Below are positions 50,862 through 62,838 of a stretch of 64,000 nucleotides of DNA, in pieces. The stretch is from TPA_inf: Saccharomyces (taxonomy: Eukaryota), in contig BK006938.2 in NCBI GenBank assembly GCA_000146045.2, positions 1,216,001 through 1,280,000 of the forward strand. Reading direction: 5' to 3'. Both the position numbers and the translations under genes were made by a program. The notes under the pieces are model-generated. The model was not told where the DNA came from and did not search any database. It saw only the letters and a program-made list of their open reading frames with translations. Position 1 is the first letter of the stretch; each line of letters begins with the position of its first letter.

Positions 50862-50898
50862 CCTTGGGAAGCGACACATTATCGGAGTCTCCAGCCAT
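50862..50898 (-). CDS. NCB2: NCB2 exon 1 (MAGDSDNVSLPK + G), followed by GTATGT; intron complement(50770..50861) is 92 nt; total 146 aa
   Basis: ATG at complement(50896..50898); 5' splice site GTATGT at complement(50856..50861). Confidence 0.85.
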
Positions 50899-51282
50899 CA
50901 ATTAATTAATAGGTACAACTGTATTAGTAAATATCGTTATGATTTCTTGCCCACCTTATACTGGTAACTCTGCACGATAGAAATCGACAAGGCGAGCAGA
51001 GGGCGAAAAGCGCGACCAAAAACCGCTTCCATTTATATAGGAGGGAGAGTGCAGCGGGCTGGGCGTTTTAAAGTGGTGCAAGAGTTAATTGCACATACTG
51101 GAATACGCCAAAGATAAGAGCCCGAGCTGATTAAACCAGATCGTAATTTTTGCGGCGACTATTCGCATGAACAGGCTATGCTGCATAGTGGTGGCATTTC
51201 TTTACAATAGTTTTGGTTGAACGTGTTGTACAGTTCCCCTTATTCTTTGATTGTCATTTAACACGGGGATGAGCTTCTTGAC

Positions 51283-51293
51283 AAAAAAATTTT
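51283..51293 (+). promoter_or_regulatory. RRPE-like AAAAAAATTTT upstream of UTP5
   Basis: A7T4 block about 180 bp upstream of the UTP5 ATG. Confidence 0.5.
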
Positions 51294-51337
51294 ATCCAAT
51301 TTTTTTTCATTTCTTTTTCTAATCTTTCGCAGCTGAA

Positions 51338-51345
51338 GCGATGAG
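51338..51345 (+). promoter_or_regulatory. PAC element GCGATGAG about 130 bp upstream of UTP5
   Basis: Exact PAC octamer; a PAC+RRPE pair is typical of ribosome-biogenesis genes. Confidence 0.55.
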
Positions 51346-51470
51346 GTGAAAAAATTAACAAGTATTGGATAGGATATATGTATGTAAAGATAGATGCAGA
51401 GCATATATAGTTTAAACTTGGCTTAGCAAGAGGGTAAAAGACACATTTGCCTTATAATTGTTCATTACCG

Positions 51471-53402
51471 ATGGATTCTCCTGTTCTACAGTCCGCTTAT
51501 GACCCATCAGGTCAGTATTTGTGTTATGTCACTGTAGCTTTGGACAAGCAACGCGTTGGTGTACAGCCCACTCAAAGGGCCACTTCCTCCGGAGTTGATA
51601 CAGTGTGGAATGAGAATTTTCTGTATTTAGAGGACTCGAAATTGAAGGTGACGTGCTTAAAATGGGTAAACCTGGCTTCTTCCGACACAGTGGCTATTAT
51701 ATTGGGTATGAATAACGGTGAAATTTGGCTATATTCCGTATTGGCCAACGAAGTCACCTATAAATTCACTACGGGGAATTCTTACGAAATCAAAGACATA
51801 GACTTGATGGGTAATCAACTGTGGTGTATCGACTCCAGCGACGCATTCTATCAGTTCGATCTGTTACAATTCAAACTGTTACAACATTTTAGAATAAACA
51901 ACTGCGTTCAATTGAATAAACTAACCATTGTTCCAGCAGGCGATTCTGTTGCACAACTTTTGGTTGCATCCCATTCCATTTCTTTAATAGACATCGAAGA
52001 GAAAAAAGTCGTAATGACATTTCCCGGTCATGTATCTCCAGTGTCCACATTGCAAGTTATAACTAATGAATTTTTCATATCAGGCGCAGAGGGTGATAGA
52101 TTCTTGAACGTATATGATATTCATTCCGGTATGACCAAATGCGTCCTTGTGGCTGAATCAGATATCAAGGAGTTATCTCATTCAGGCCAAGCCGATTCTA
52201 TCGCAGTCACTACCGAGGATGGTAGCTTGGAAATTTTTGTTGATCCATTGGTATCGAGTTCAACAAAGAAAAGAGGCAACAAGTCCAAAAAATCCAGCAA
52301 AAAGATTCAAATCGTCAGTAAAGACGGCAGGAAAGTTCCAATTTATAACGCATTTATTAATAAAGACCTTTTGAACGTATCGTGGTTACAAAATGCTACT
52401 ATGCCTTACTTCAAGAACTTGCAGTGGAGAGAAATCCCTAATGAATATACCGTCGAAATTTCCCTAAATTGGAATAATAAAAATAAGTCCGCCGATCGCG
52501 ATCTACACGGTAAAGATCTTGCCTCAGCCACCAACTACGTGGAAGGTAATGCAAGAGTCACCTCTGGAGATAACTTCAAGCATGTTGATGACGCTATAAA
52601 GAGCTGGGAAAGAGAATTGACTTCTTTGGAACAAGAACAGGCCAAGCCCCCACAGGCCAATGAACTATTAACAGAAACATTTGGTGATAAGCTAGAATCA
52701 AGCACCGTCGCAAGGATTAGTGGGAAAAAAACAAATTTAAAAGGTTCCAATCTCAAGACTGCTACGACAACCGGGACGGTAACAGTAATTCTGTCGCAAG
52801 CACTACAATCAAATGATCATTCACTGTTGGAAACAGTGCTCAATAATCGTGACGAGAGGGTCATTAGGGATACTATCTTCCGTCTGAAACCAGCACTGGC
52901 TGTCATTCTCTTAGAAAGGTTGGCAGAGAGGATTGCAAGACAAACCCACCGTCAAGGCCCATTGAATGTTTGGGTAAAATGGTGTTTAATCATACACGGT
53001 GGCTATTTGGTTTCTATTCCAAATTTGATGTCTACTCTATCGTCGTTACATTCCACCTTGAAAAGGCGTTCCGACTTATTACCAAGGCTACTAGCACTGG
53101 ATGCAAGGTTAGACTGTACTATAAATAAATTCAAAACTTTGAACTATGAAGCAGGCGACATCCACTCATCCGAACCAGTTGTCGAAGAGGACGAAGACGA
53201 CGTTGAATATAACGAAGAACTCGATGATGCCGGCCTTATAGAGGACGGTGAAGAATCTTATGGCAGTGAAGAAGAAGAAGAAGGTGATAGTGACAACGAA
53301 GAGGAACAGAAGCATACCTCATCTAAGCAAGATGGCCGTTTAGAAACGGAGCAGAGCGACGGCGAGGAGGAAGCCGGATATAGTGACGTTGAGATGGAAT
53401 AG
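51471..53402 (+). CDS. UTP5: UTP5 (YDR398W) t-UTP/SSU processome subunit, WD40, 643 aa
   Basis: The ATG at 51471 gives MDSPVLQSAYDPSGQYL (the ORF-track start at 51447 is TTG); WD repeats and an acidic C-terminal tail. Confidence 0.85.
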   Translation: MDSPVLQSAYDPSGQYLCYVTVALDKQRVGVQPTQRATSSGVDTVWNENFLYLEDSKLKVTCLKWVNLASSDTVAIILGMNNGEIWLYSVLANEVTYKFTTGNSYEIKDIDLMGNQLWCIDSSDAFYQFDLLQFKLLQHFRINNCVQLNKLTIVPAGDSVAQLLVASHSISLIDIEEKKVVMTFPGHVSPVSTLQVITNEFFISGAEGDRFLNVYDIHSGMTKCVLVAESDIKELSHSGQADSIAVTTEDGSLEIFVDPLVSSSTKKRGNKSKKSSKKIQIVSKDGRKVPIYNAFINKDLLNVSWLQNATMPYFKNLQWREIPNEYTVEISLNWNNKNKSADRDLHGKDLASATNYVEGNARVTSGDNFKHVDDAIKSWERELTSLEQEQAKPPQANELLTETFGDKLESSTVARISGKKTNLKGSNLKTATTTGTVTVILSQALQSNDHSLLETVLNNRDERVIRDTIFRLKPALAVILLERLAERIARQTHRQGPLNVWVKWCLIIHGGYLVSIPNLMSTLSSLHSTLKRRSDLLPRLLALDARLDCTINKFKTLNYEAGDIHSSEPVVEEDEDDVEYNEELDDAGLIEDGEESYGSEEEEEGDSDNEEEQKHTSSKQDGRLETEQSDGEEEAGYSDVEME

Positions 53403-54067
53403 AGGATATCATGCATAAAATGCTTTCACGCATCAGAATACAAAAATAATCTCTAGGCACATAAATACTTATATAGAGTTCACCACATAATGTAAGAAAA
53501 GAAAAAAGAAAAAAAAAGATCACGAAAGTATCCCACGCGAAGAAGATCTGTCAAAAGACCCCCACAATCGTTTATCCTTTTTGAACTGCATCTGGCATCG
53601 TTAACAGTAAGGCCATCTGGAACATCAAGCAAGCACTCCACTTTTACGTCACAACCATAGTTGGTTAACTAAGAAAAGACAGTACATATTTCCCTTCCGA
53701 GTCACTTATTTTTTTTTTCTTCTGAAAAAATTAATTAGATTAATTTCAATTAATATCATTTCCGCTTATCTGACTTCTTTCATTTTTTTTCTCTATATTT
53801 CGCGTTTACTAGGAAAGAAAAGGAAAAAAAATTTTTCCCCCTCCATCTGTCCCAAATCGGGTAGCGATGAGCTGCTATAGAATTTTCTATTTAAACATGT
53901 TTGATAAGCCCAATTTCCGTTAGATTTTGTTCCCCCTTCGCAGTTTGGTTTGCCGTAACTTTTTTATTTTAGTCTCCATCTAGCTGGAGTAATACGATGT
54001 AGTGCCTTGTAATCTTTCTTATTTTTATATTACCGTTCGTGTTCATTATATCCATTACGTTCCCATA

Positions 54068-54733
54068 ATGTCGGCAAACGATAAGCAATACATCTCGTAC
54101 AACAACGTACATCAACTATGTCAAGTATCCGCTGAGAGAATTAAGAATTTCAAGCCGGACTTAATCATTGCCATTGGTGGTGGTGGTTTCATTCCTGCTA
54201 GGATCCTACGTACGTTCCTAAAGGAGCCCGGCGTGCCAACCATCAGAATTTTTGCTATTATTTTGTCTTTGTACGAAGATTTGAACAGTGTAGGCTCAGA
54301 AGTTGAGGAAGTTGGTGTTAAGGTTAGCAGAACACAATGGATTGATTACGAGCAATGTAAATTAGATCTAGTCGGCAAGAACGTTCTTATCGTTGACGAA
54401 GTCGATGACACCCGTACCACACTTCATTACGCTTTGAGTGAATTGGAAAAGGATGCAGCTGAACAGGCAAAGGCTAAAGGTATCGATACTGAAAAGTCTC
54501 CAGAGATGAAAACAAACTTCGGGATTTTTGTTCTACACGATAAGCAAAAACCAAAGAAAGCAGATTTGCCTGCCGAAATGTTGAATGACAAGAACCGTTA
54601 TTTTGCAGCTAAAACTGTTCCAGACAAGTGGTATGCATATCCATGGGAATCTACTGACATTGTTTTCCATACTAGAATGGCTATTGAACAGGGCAATGAC
54701 ATCTTTATTCCTGAGCAGGAACACAAGCAATGA
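54068..54733 (+). CDS. HPT1: HPT1 (YDR399W) hypoxanthine-guanine phosphoribosyltransferase, 221 aa
   Basis: The ATG at 54068 gives MSANDKQYISYNNVHQ; PRPP-binding motif VLIVDEVDDT. Confidence 0.9.
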   Translation: MSANDKQYISYNNVHQLCQVSAERIKNFKPDLIIAIGGGGFIPARILRTFLKEPGVPTIRIFAIILSLYEDLNSVGSEVEEVGVKVSRTQWIDYEQCKLDLVGKNVLIVDEVDDTRTTLHYALSELEKDAAEQAKAKGIDTEKSPEMKTNFGIFVLHDKQKPKKADLPAEMLNDKNRYFAAKTVPDKWYAYPWESTDIVFHTRMAIEQGNDIFIPEQEHKQ

Positions 54734-55062
54734 TAGACATATCATATCCTTCAGTAACTTGAATCATACAGCAGAATTTGTACAATAGACAACGCATATA
54801 ACTGCGACCATATGTATACGTATAACTAATTATTATCTCAAAGTTTATTCCCTTAGCCTCACCGGTAACCTGTGAGGCGCGATTACGTTTTCCCTCTGTT
54901 CACCACCACGTAACGCGATATTTGACACATACGTGACAACTACTTTTGATGGAATCTGCTGATTTTTTTACCTCACGAAACTTATTAAAACAGATAATTT
55001 CCCTCATCTGCAAGGTTGGGGAAGGGTTGGACAGCAATAACCAGCGACTGTTTGAAGAAAAG

Positions 55063-56085
55063 ATGACTGTTAGTAAAATACCCATATGGCTAGATTGTGA
55101 TCCTGGTCATGATGATGCCATAGCCATTTTATTAGGCTGTTTCCATCCAGCTTTCAATCTTCTAGGAATCAGCACGTGTTTTGGTAACGCACCGCCAGAG
55201 AATACTGACTACAACGCCCGTTCTCTTTTGACTGCGATGGGCAAAGCACAAGCGATTCCAGTTTATAAAGGCGCACAGAGACCTTGGAAAAGGGAACCTC
55301 ATTATGCTCCTGACATTCATGGTATATCAGGTTTAGACGGCACTTCTTTGCTACCTAAGCCAACATTTGAGGCAAGAACTGATAAAACGTATATTGAGGC
55401 CATTGAAGAGGCGATTCTAGCTAACAATGGAGAGATATCCTTTGTGTCTACTGGTGCACTTACCACATTAGCAACAGTTTTTAGGTGTAAACCATACCTA
55501 AAAAAATCTGTCAAATATATTAGCATTATGGGGGGTGGACTCCATGGTCTAGGAAACTGTAACCCAAATCTTTCTGCTGAATTCAACGTTTGGATTGATC
55601 CTGACGCAGCGAATTACATATTCCGTGATCCCGATGTAAAGGACAAATGTATAGTAGTTCCTCTAAATTTAACTCACAAGGCCATAGCTACTTACAAGGT
55701 TAACGAAATGATATACAACGAAAAGAATAACAGCAAGTTACGAGAATTGTTTTTGGAGCTTTTTCAATTTTTTGCTCATACCTACAAGGATATGCAAGGA
55801 TTTGAATCGGGCCCACCTATACATGATCCGGTAGCTTTGATGCCGCTTTTGGAATTTTATGGGTGGGATCCATCGTCTGCGGTTGGATTTCGCTACAAGA
55901 GAATGGACATATCCTGCATTGATGATGTTTTCAACGAAAACTCAGGGAAAATTATCATTGAAAAAGAATATCCAAATGACAGTGATGTTGGTACAATAAT
56001 TGGTCTCGATTTGAATATCCAGTACTTTTGGGATCAGATTTTTGAAGCATTAAATAGAGCAGACAAAATGTCAACGATTGGATAA
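55063..56085 (+). CDS. URH1: URH1 (YDR400W) uridine nucleosidase (IU-NH family), 340 aa
   Basis: The ATG at 55063 gives MTVSKIPIWLDCDPGHDDAIA, with the IU-nucleoside hydrolase DxDxxxDD signature. Confidence 0.9.
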   Translation: MTVSKIPIWLDCDPGHDDAIAILLGCFHPAFNLLGISTCFGNAPPENTDYNARSLLTAMGKAQAIPVYKGAQRPWKREPHYAPDIHGISGLDGTSLLPKPTFEARTDKTYIEAIEEAILANNGEISFVSTGALTTLATVFRCKPYLKKSVKYISIMGGGLHGLGNCNPNLSAEFNVWIDPDAANYIFRDPDVKDKCIVVPLNLTHKAIATYKVNEMIYNEKNNSKLRELFLELFQFFAHTYKDMQGFESGPPIHDPVALMPLLEFYGWDPSSAVGFRYKRMDISCIDDVFNENSGKIIIEKEYPNDSDVGTIIGLDLNIQYFWDQIFEALNRADKMSTIG

Positions 56086-56123
56086 GAACTTCTATAAAAG
56101 GCTTTTTTTTTTTCTACTGACCT

Positions 56124-56786
56124 TTGGTCAGGTTCTGTTCCTTTCATTTTCACTGGATACAAAGAAGTTTCACTAAAAGTTGTCGCGATTGTATACATAT
56201 ATGCGTATATATACAATTCTACATGTTTTATATTTATTCCATTATATTCTCGTTAAATTTTAACTTTAAATTAAGAGGGCAAAGAGGCCCAGCGGGAGTT
56301 AATTTTTCTTCCCATTCAGGGTCAAGACTCCATCGAAACTGTTTCAACATTTCAGCCAAAGAAATTCTCATTTCTGTTAGGGCTAGTTTTTCCCCTAGGC
56401 ATGCTCTTCGGCCTCCATGGAACCCAGTCACAGCACATCTGTTTTTCGCCATTCTCCAGTTTTTCCTTATGGTTTCGATATCTGAACCCCATCTTTCTGG
56501 TTTAAAATCATCTGCTGTTGTGCCCCAAGTTTTGGGATCGTGTGAGGTTCCAAAGTTGTTGTACCCGACATATACGCCCTTGGGTATAACAATTTCCGCC
56601 CCCAACTTGCACGTTTTGGTAGTACATCTATTAATAATTGTGCTCAAAGGAGGATACATTCTTACTACTTCGAAGAGAAAAGCATTTAATAAGGGTAAAT
56701 CTGCTAAGCCTTTTGGATCAGTGATGCCGTTTACTTCCTTCCTGAGTTTCTCTTGCCATTCATTTGAATATTTGGCTAGAAGGTAG
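56124..56786 (+). other. YDR401W-like dubious ORF antisense to the DIT2 3' half
   Basis: Overlaps DIT2 on the opposite strand and has no recognisable domains. Confidence 0.25.
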
Positions 56787-57703
56787 AGTGAACTATTAAA
56801 TAGCAACTGCGGGTTTTCATGGCCAGCGACAAGGATAATGACGATATTATCGGTCAACTGTTTGTAGTCGATTATTTCGTTATTGTGAGCACGAATTAGA
56901 TCACTGGCAGCAAAAGTAGTTTGTTCAAATTTGTAATTATTGACTAATTCATCTTGAACTCTTTTAACGAGAAGTTCTCTAAAACTAACAACATCCTTGA
57001 AGGCTTTTTTTCTTGAAGGAATAGGAAGAACATCAAGGAATGGAAAAGTTAAAAAGAATGGATGAAATATTTGCTTTTTAATACGAATCAAATGCTCGTG
57101 GAAAGCATTTTTTTCATGTGTTAGAGCACCAAAATCAAATCCAAGGGCAACCTGTGAAATGTTATCCAATGCCATTCTCTGGGATAAAGGTCCCATAGGG
57201 ATCGAAGTTTGTCCTTCTAGGAGTCTGTTTTTTATCAAAGTGCATAAAATTTTTGCATTTTTGAATATAGGTGCATCGTCAAAATGTTGGAGCCCGTTTG
57301 TCACAGCATTTCTGTAGTTTCTCCAAACTGCACCATACGCGCTAATGACATTGTCCCCTGTGTAAGCGGCAAGAGCACTGTATGGGATTTTCTTTTGATT
57401 ACCGCTCTTCGCAAAAGTATCTTCATCTTTGAATATTTGTGCTAGATACTCAGAACGAGAAACGAGAATATTCCACCGTGAACCAAAGAAAAATTTTACA
57501 GCACCGTATTTTTCCATTGATTCCCTAATATAAAGATCGTATAGCTCCGTTTGATCAATGGGAAATATTACTGGTAAAAATACTACATAAAATGGGATGG
57601 TGGGTATATTTTTGGGAAAGTTTAGAGGTGGGACAATGATTGCAAAGGCGACATAGGAAAGAGTAAGAAATAAAATCAAACACAGAAGCTTTAACAACTC
57701 CAT
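56234..57703 (-). CDS. DIT2: DIT2 (YDR402C) sporulation-specific cytochrome P450 (CYP56), dityrosine synthesis, 489 aa
   Basis: P450 haem-binding motif [10 protein letters not shown] and an N-terminal membrane anchor. Confidence 0.9.
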
Positions 57704-58027
57704 TTTTAATGCTTTTTTCGATTTATTCTCTTAGTCTGAATCAAATACCATTTTGAAAAAACGAAAATATTTCAAGAAAATTAATGTATTTTTTTGCACT
57801 ACCTAATATACTATTCGCATCAGGATGACCAGTCATTCCTCTTGTGGTCCGTGGCTTGTAATTTTCGGGAAAGATAGAAATCACTGCATTCATCGAAAGA
57901 AGTGAAAATAAATTGTATCGGGGAAGTAATGAGGGGTGGAATACGTAATTGCTTCTCAATTTGATAATACAAGTTACAGTCTTTTTATTGAGAGTCCCTG
58001 GAAGGAAAATTATTGATGTTTACCTTT

Positions 58028-58036
58028 TTTTGCGAC
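58028..58036 (-). promoter_or_regulatory. Candidate middle sporulation element GTCGCAAAA (gNCRCAAAW, Ndt80/Sum1 site) in the DIT1-DIT2 divergent promoter
   Basis: The reverse strand of ttttgcgac matches the MSE consensus; about 330 bp upstream of DIT2 and about 570 bp upstream of DIT1. Confidence 0.4.
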
Positions 58037-58601
58037 GCGCGTCTGGCCATAAATAAAAGGGTTCTCTTGCCAAGAAAAAATAAAAAGGCGCCTTAAGGGA
58101 CCTTCTATGACAAATATGGTGAGGTATGCAACCTCAATGAAGAGCAATGAGAAAATTTAAGGGGTAAGTAAGCATCGGAATTTGTTGTTTCCTAACAATT
58201 TGTCTAATTTACTCAATAATATCAGGAGAATTGATCGAAAAAAGCAAACCAGGAACCCCTCACAAATAAGGGAACATAAAGTAATTGCTCGTCTTTACAT
58301 ACATGGCACTCAATCCCAGACGTCGCGTGCTAAAAATCCTTATATTATTGGCCCCTCAGGAGTTTATTTGAATTTTGATTGCATTGCTTTCAGTGGACAG
58401 TATATCATAAAATTTGCAAGGGCATAGTGCCTGCCCTACGATGTTGTAAAACAATTTCTGAAAATAGGTTCAGAATCAAAAATGATGTATAAATATTGAA
58501 ATAAATTTTCACATAAATTGTGCTCCTCCGCAAAGTCTTGACTAAATAAACAATTTGTTAATATCCTAATTCGGTAAAGCTTTGTCGAGACATTAACAAA
58601 A

Positions 58602-60212
58602 ATGACATTTACTAGCAACTTGCCCTCAAGCTCCGAGCAGTCAATATCACCACCTGCCTCTTCATTTTCTTCATCGACTGATACGTTGAAAGATATTGAT
58701 ATTCCCCATAATGGGGCCGATTTGTCTACATATAGTAAATTTCTGGCCCTGTATTGCAGAAGCGACAAATGTGACGATTTTTACTCTTTAGAGGAAAAAC
58801 AGAATTGTAAATTTGGAGACCAATGGCTCGACTTTATCAACACTATTCACAATCTGGACTTTTCTGAATCCGAAGTAAGTGGACGGGTTTCTGAAAGAAT
58901 TTTGCCAGCTTCTTTAGCAAATAAATTTACCAATAATTTAGGAGTGGCAATAAAGATTTCTGAATATACACGCGATGACGAACGCCAGATTCGTGGGTGT
59001 GTTACAACAGTTGAGAATGAAAATTCTTTCAATAACTGGTTCGTATATCATATTTTAGACCAATCTCAATTATCTCTAAGTGAACATCCAATTGTAACCA
59101 AAGAAGTTAAGTATCACGAATTATTTGCAGATTTTTTTGAGAAAAATTTGAAAAACACAATAGTTAATGATCAATGGAATTTTGGTGGCCGTGATTATTT
59201 TATTGAACGTTCAAGATATTTTACCGATCGATATTTGAGAATTGAATGCATCTTGCCAGCGTTTCCATGTAAGTCATCTAATGAGCAAAAAGTGTACGGT
59301 TCCGTTCCTGACAAAGGCGAAGAACTCGCTTTGAAAAGATTAATAAAAGCCACACAAGACCTTGTCAAGATATATCCACCGGGTATGAAAATTTGGATAG
59401 TTAGTGATGGCCATGTTTTCTCCGATTGTATTGGGGTCGATGATGACGTCGTGAGTACTTACACGACCAAATTGCACGAACTGTATAAAAGAGTGGCTAT
59501 ACCTGGTGTTGACGCCATTGGCTTTTGTGGATTGAACGATTTATTTTTTAGCGGTGCAGCTAGTAAAGTTTTCGATCCAAAGTGGGTTAGTGATGTTGAA
59601 GTTGCACACTACACAGGAACTCAAATCTGTCCTAAGTCCGATTTGTCGAGACAGATTTTGATGAAAGGCTGTGATACAGATGCAGGTCGTTTGAGAAAGC
59701 AGATTGCAATAGAAGGACATCCAAGATTGCATCTGTATAGGGGCTTTTCACGTTTTATGATGGAAGATTTATCTCTACTGGAACATTTCCAAAGTTATTC
59801 CAGAAAAAAATTCAAGAAAATCATTTCAATGATCGCTTTTAACATGATTAAGAGAAATGACGCGTATTCGAACTTAGTGGAATTGATATTCCCTCATCAT
59901 TTGAGAATTTCTATTCATGCGCACACTAACAGCGGGCCCAAATTTGGTATAAAAGTAATCTCCAACGAACAGTGTTCTATTGTTAGTTCGTTAGAAGACC
60001 TTGATGAACCCAAATTTGAAGATTTTTTACATATTCCCACACCTTGGCATAATTGTGTCGTGAAGGTTGAGGATGAAAAGGAGAAATACTTTTTGACAAA
60101 ATCAAAAGTAGTCAAGGAGGCTCTCGAAAAGGGTATGTATGATGGTGTATGGAAAGATACTCGTTTCGATATTGGAGAAGGAGGACATTTCGTTATCAAG
60201 AAAATCTCTTAA
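58602..60212 (+). CDS. DIT1: DIT1 (YDR403W) spore-wall dityrosine pathway enzyme, 536 aa
   Basis: 536-aa ORF divergent from DIT2; sequence recognised. Confidence 0.9.
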   Translation: MTFTSNLPSSSEQSISPPASSFSSSTDTLKDIDIPHNGADLSTYSKFLALYCRSDKCDDFYSLEEKQNCKFGDQWLDFINTIHNLDFSESEVSGRVSERILPASLANKFTNNLGVAIKISEYTRDDERQIRGCVTTVENENSFNNWFVYHILDQSQLSLSEHPIVTKEVKYHELFADFFEKNLKNTIVNDQWNFGGRDYFIERSRYFTDRYLRIECILPAFPCKSSNEQKVYGSVPDKGEELALKRLIKATQDLVKIYPPGMKIWIVSDGHVFSDCIGVDDDVVSTYTTKLHELYKRVAIPGVDAIGFCGLNDLFFSGAASKVFDPKWVSDVEVAHYTGTQICPKSDLSRQILMKGCDTDAGRLRKQIAIEGHPRLHLYRGFSRFMMEDLSLLEHFQSYSRKKFKKIISMIAFNMIKRNDAYSNLVELIFPHHLRISIHAHTNSGPKFGIKVISNEQCSIVSSLEDLDEPKFEDFLHIPTPWHNCVVKVEDEKEKYFLTKSKVVKEALEKGMYDGVWKDTRFDIGEGGHFVIKKIS

Positions 60213-60653
60213 TAAAGTAAGAGCGCTACATTGGTCTACCTTTTTGTTCTTTTACTTAAACATTAGTTAGTTCGTTTTCTTTTTCTCATTTTTTTATGTT
60301 TCCCCCCCAAAGTTCTGATTTTATAATATTTTATTTCACACAATTCCATTTAACAGAGGGGGAATAGATTCTTTAGCTTAGAAAATTAGTGATCAATATA
60401 TATTTGCCTTTCTTTTCATCTTTTCAGTGATATTAATGGTTTCGAGACACTGCAATGGCCCTAGTTGTCTAAGAGGATAGATGTTACTGTCAAAGATGAT
60501 ATTTTGAATTTCAATTGACGTAATTAATGATACTATTAATAATACAGAGCGTATATGAAGTATTGCAAATAACATGCACAGTTCTTTTGGGATGAGAATG
60601 ATAATGAAAGGCGAAGGCGGGCGTTCAGAAAAGCGTTGCGGAGTAACAAGTGA

Positions 60654-61169
60654 TTAAATAGCACCCAAATAATCTTCTTTGATACTACCGATTGCGTGAA
60701 TAGAACTCACTTGACTGATACAACCTTCAATTTTAACTCTAATTCTACTTTTTATGGTGATGACATCCTCGGAACTTTGGTATGATGGTGGGTTTGAACC
60801 CGCATTAAAGGTTAAATCTTGAGGCATCAGATGCTTTGTCACAAATACTTTCATTGGACCTACTTGCACTTCGAACCCGTGCTGAGAACATGAAACGACT
60901 GTGCCGTCCACTACTTCCCCTTTAAATGGTTTGAAAACTACAGCTCTATATTTCACGTTGAACTCGGCGGACCCATCTGTGGGCAATATTCTCCCACGTT
61001 GAATATCTATATTATCATAGTCTAGGACACAAAGAATATATCCGAATTTACCCGTACACGAACCTTCAACCTCTTCCAATAGTTTTGTCTTTAGATATTG
61101 CTTCATTCGAGGACCGAAAAAGGACGGATGAAGGGTAATATTAAGCGAAAGGTCTTTAATAAAAAACAT
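60654..61169 (-). CDS. RPB7: RPB7 (YDR404C) RNA polymerase II subunit, 171 aa
   Basis: Starts MFFIKDLSLNITLHPSFFGP and carries an S1/OB fold; exact recall. Confidence 0.95.
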   Translation of the reverse strand: MFFIKDLSLNITLHPSFFGPRMKQYLKTKLLEEVEGSCTGKFGYILCVLDYDNIDIQRGRILPTDGSAEFNVKYRAVVFKPFKGEVVDGTVVSCSQHGFEVQVGPMKVFVTKHLMPQDLTFNAGSNPPSYQSSEDVITIKSRIRVKIEGCISQVSSIHAIGSIKEDYLGAI

Positions 61170-61609
61170 TCTCAGAAATTGAGTTATTTATACAGTGGTT
61201 GAAATGTGAATCTATTCTTGGACTTTCCCACTGTCTAATCGCAAAGGAGAATGGTGTAGGAGGAGAAACGGAAAAAGAAAGGCTATGATATTCTGGGAGA
61301 AGAGATAGGTGGACAGACCTGATCGACCCAATGTTAGAGAATAAATCGACGAAGTGAGCTTGTCTACGTTATTGGCATTTTCACTGGGATATAGGAATAC
61401 CGCATTTATTTTCCTTGTATTTTTCAAAATAGCCGTTGAAACCCACAGAAGATCACTTAATACGTAATCGCGTTATACGAATTTTCTCGATGAAAAAGGG
61501 AAAACGATGGTATTAGAACTTGAAATGTACATACATTTCTTGTGGAGAACGTAACGCTACTAACAAATAATGTGCTTTGATTAGCAGGCTCCAACAGAAA
61601 AAAAAATAA

Positions 61610-62437
<828 letters not shown>

Positions 62438-62659
62438 AAGGTTTCCCATTCCACCCCTTCGTTAACCCACACGCAAATACCCAGATAAGCATCTTGCACC
62501 CCTCACACTTGTATATACGGAGCAAACTACATAATCTCTAAACAGAAAAAAAAAAAAAGAAAGAAAATTAAGAACATTACTTTTTCCGAGCAACAAACGC
62601 AAAAATATATGAAGTGGCTGTAGAACATGCCTTACGGAAGAAAAGAATGATGATGGCAT

Positions 62660-62670
62660 CCCCTTCCCCT
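62660..62670 (+). promoter_or_regulatory. Two STRE cores CCCCT (62660..62664 and 62666..62670) in the PDR15 upstream region
   Basis: ccccttcccct read directly; an AGGGG also sits at 62859..62863. Confidence 0.45.
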
Positions 62671-62767
62671 GCCCTGGAAGGTGGCCTGTATTTCTGTTCT
62701 TTTTTTATTTTTGTTCGCGCAAAGAGCAAGAACATTGGTTGCTTTACTTATTATTTTCAGGGTCGCT

Positions 62768-62838
62768 TCCGCGGGATGCCATGCACGGATGCCTGCGGAG
62801 ACAGTGGCGCGGAGCCGTCCGCATGCTCGTTCCGCGGA
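62768..62838 (+). promoter_or_regulatory. PDRE cluster upstream of PDR15: TCCGCGGG at 62768..62775, perfect TCCGCGGA at 62831..62838, and TCCGCGAG at 62853..62860, inside a GC-rich island of roughly 62% GC
   Basis: Pdr1/Pdr3 response element consensus TCCGCGGA; the region from about 62700 to about 62900 is strikingly GC-rich for yeast. Confidence 0.6.
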
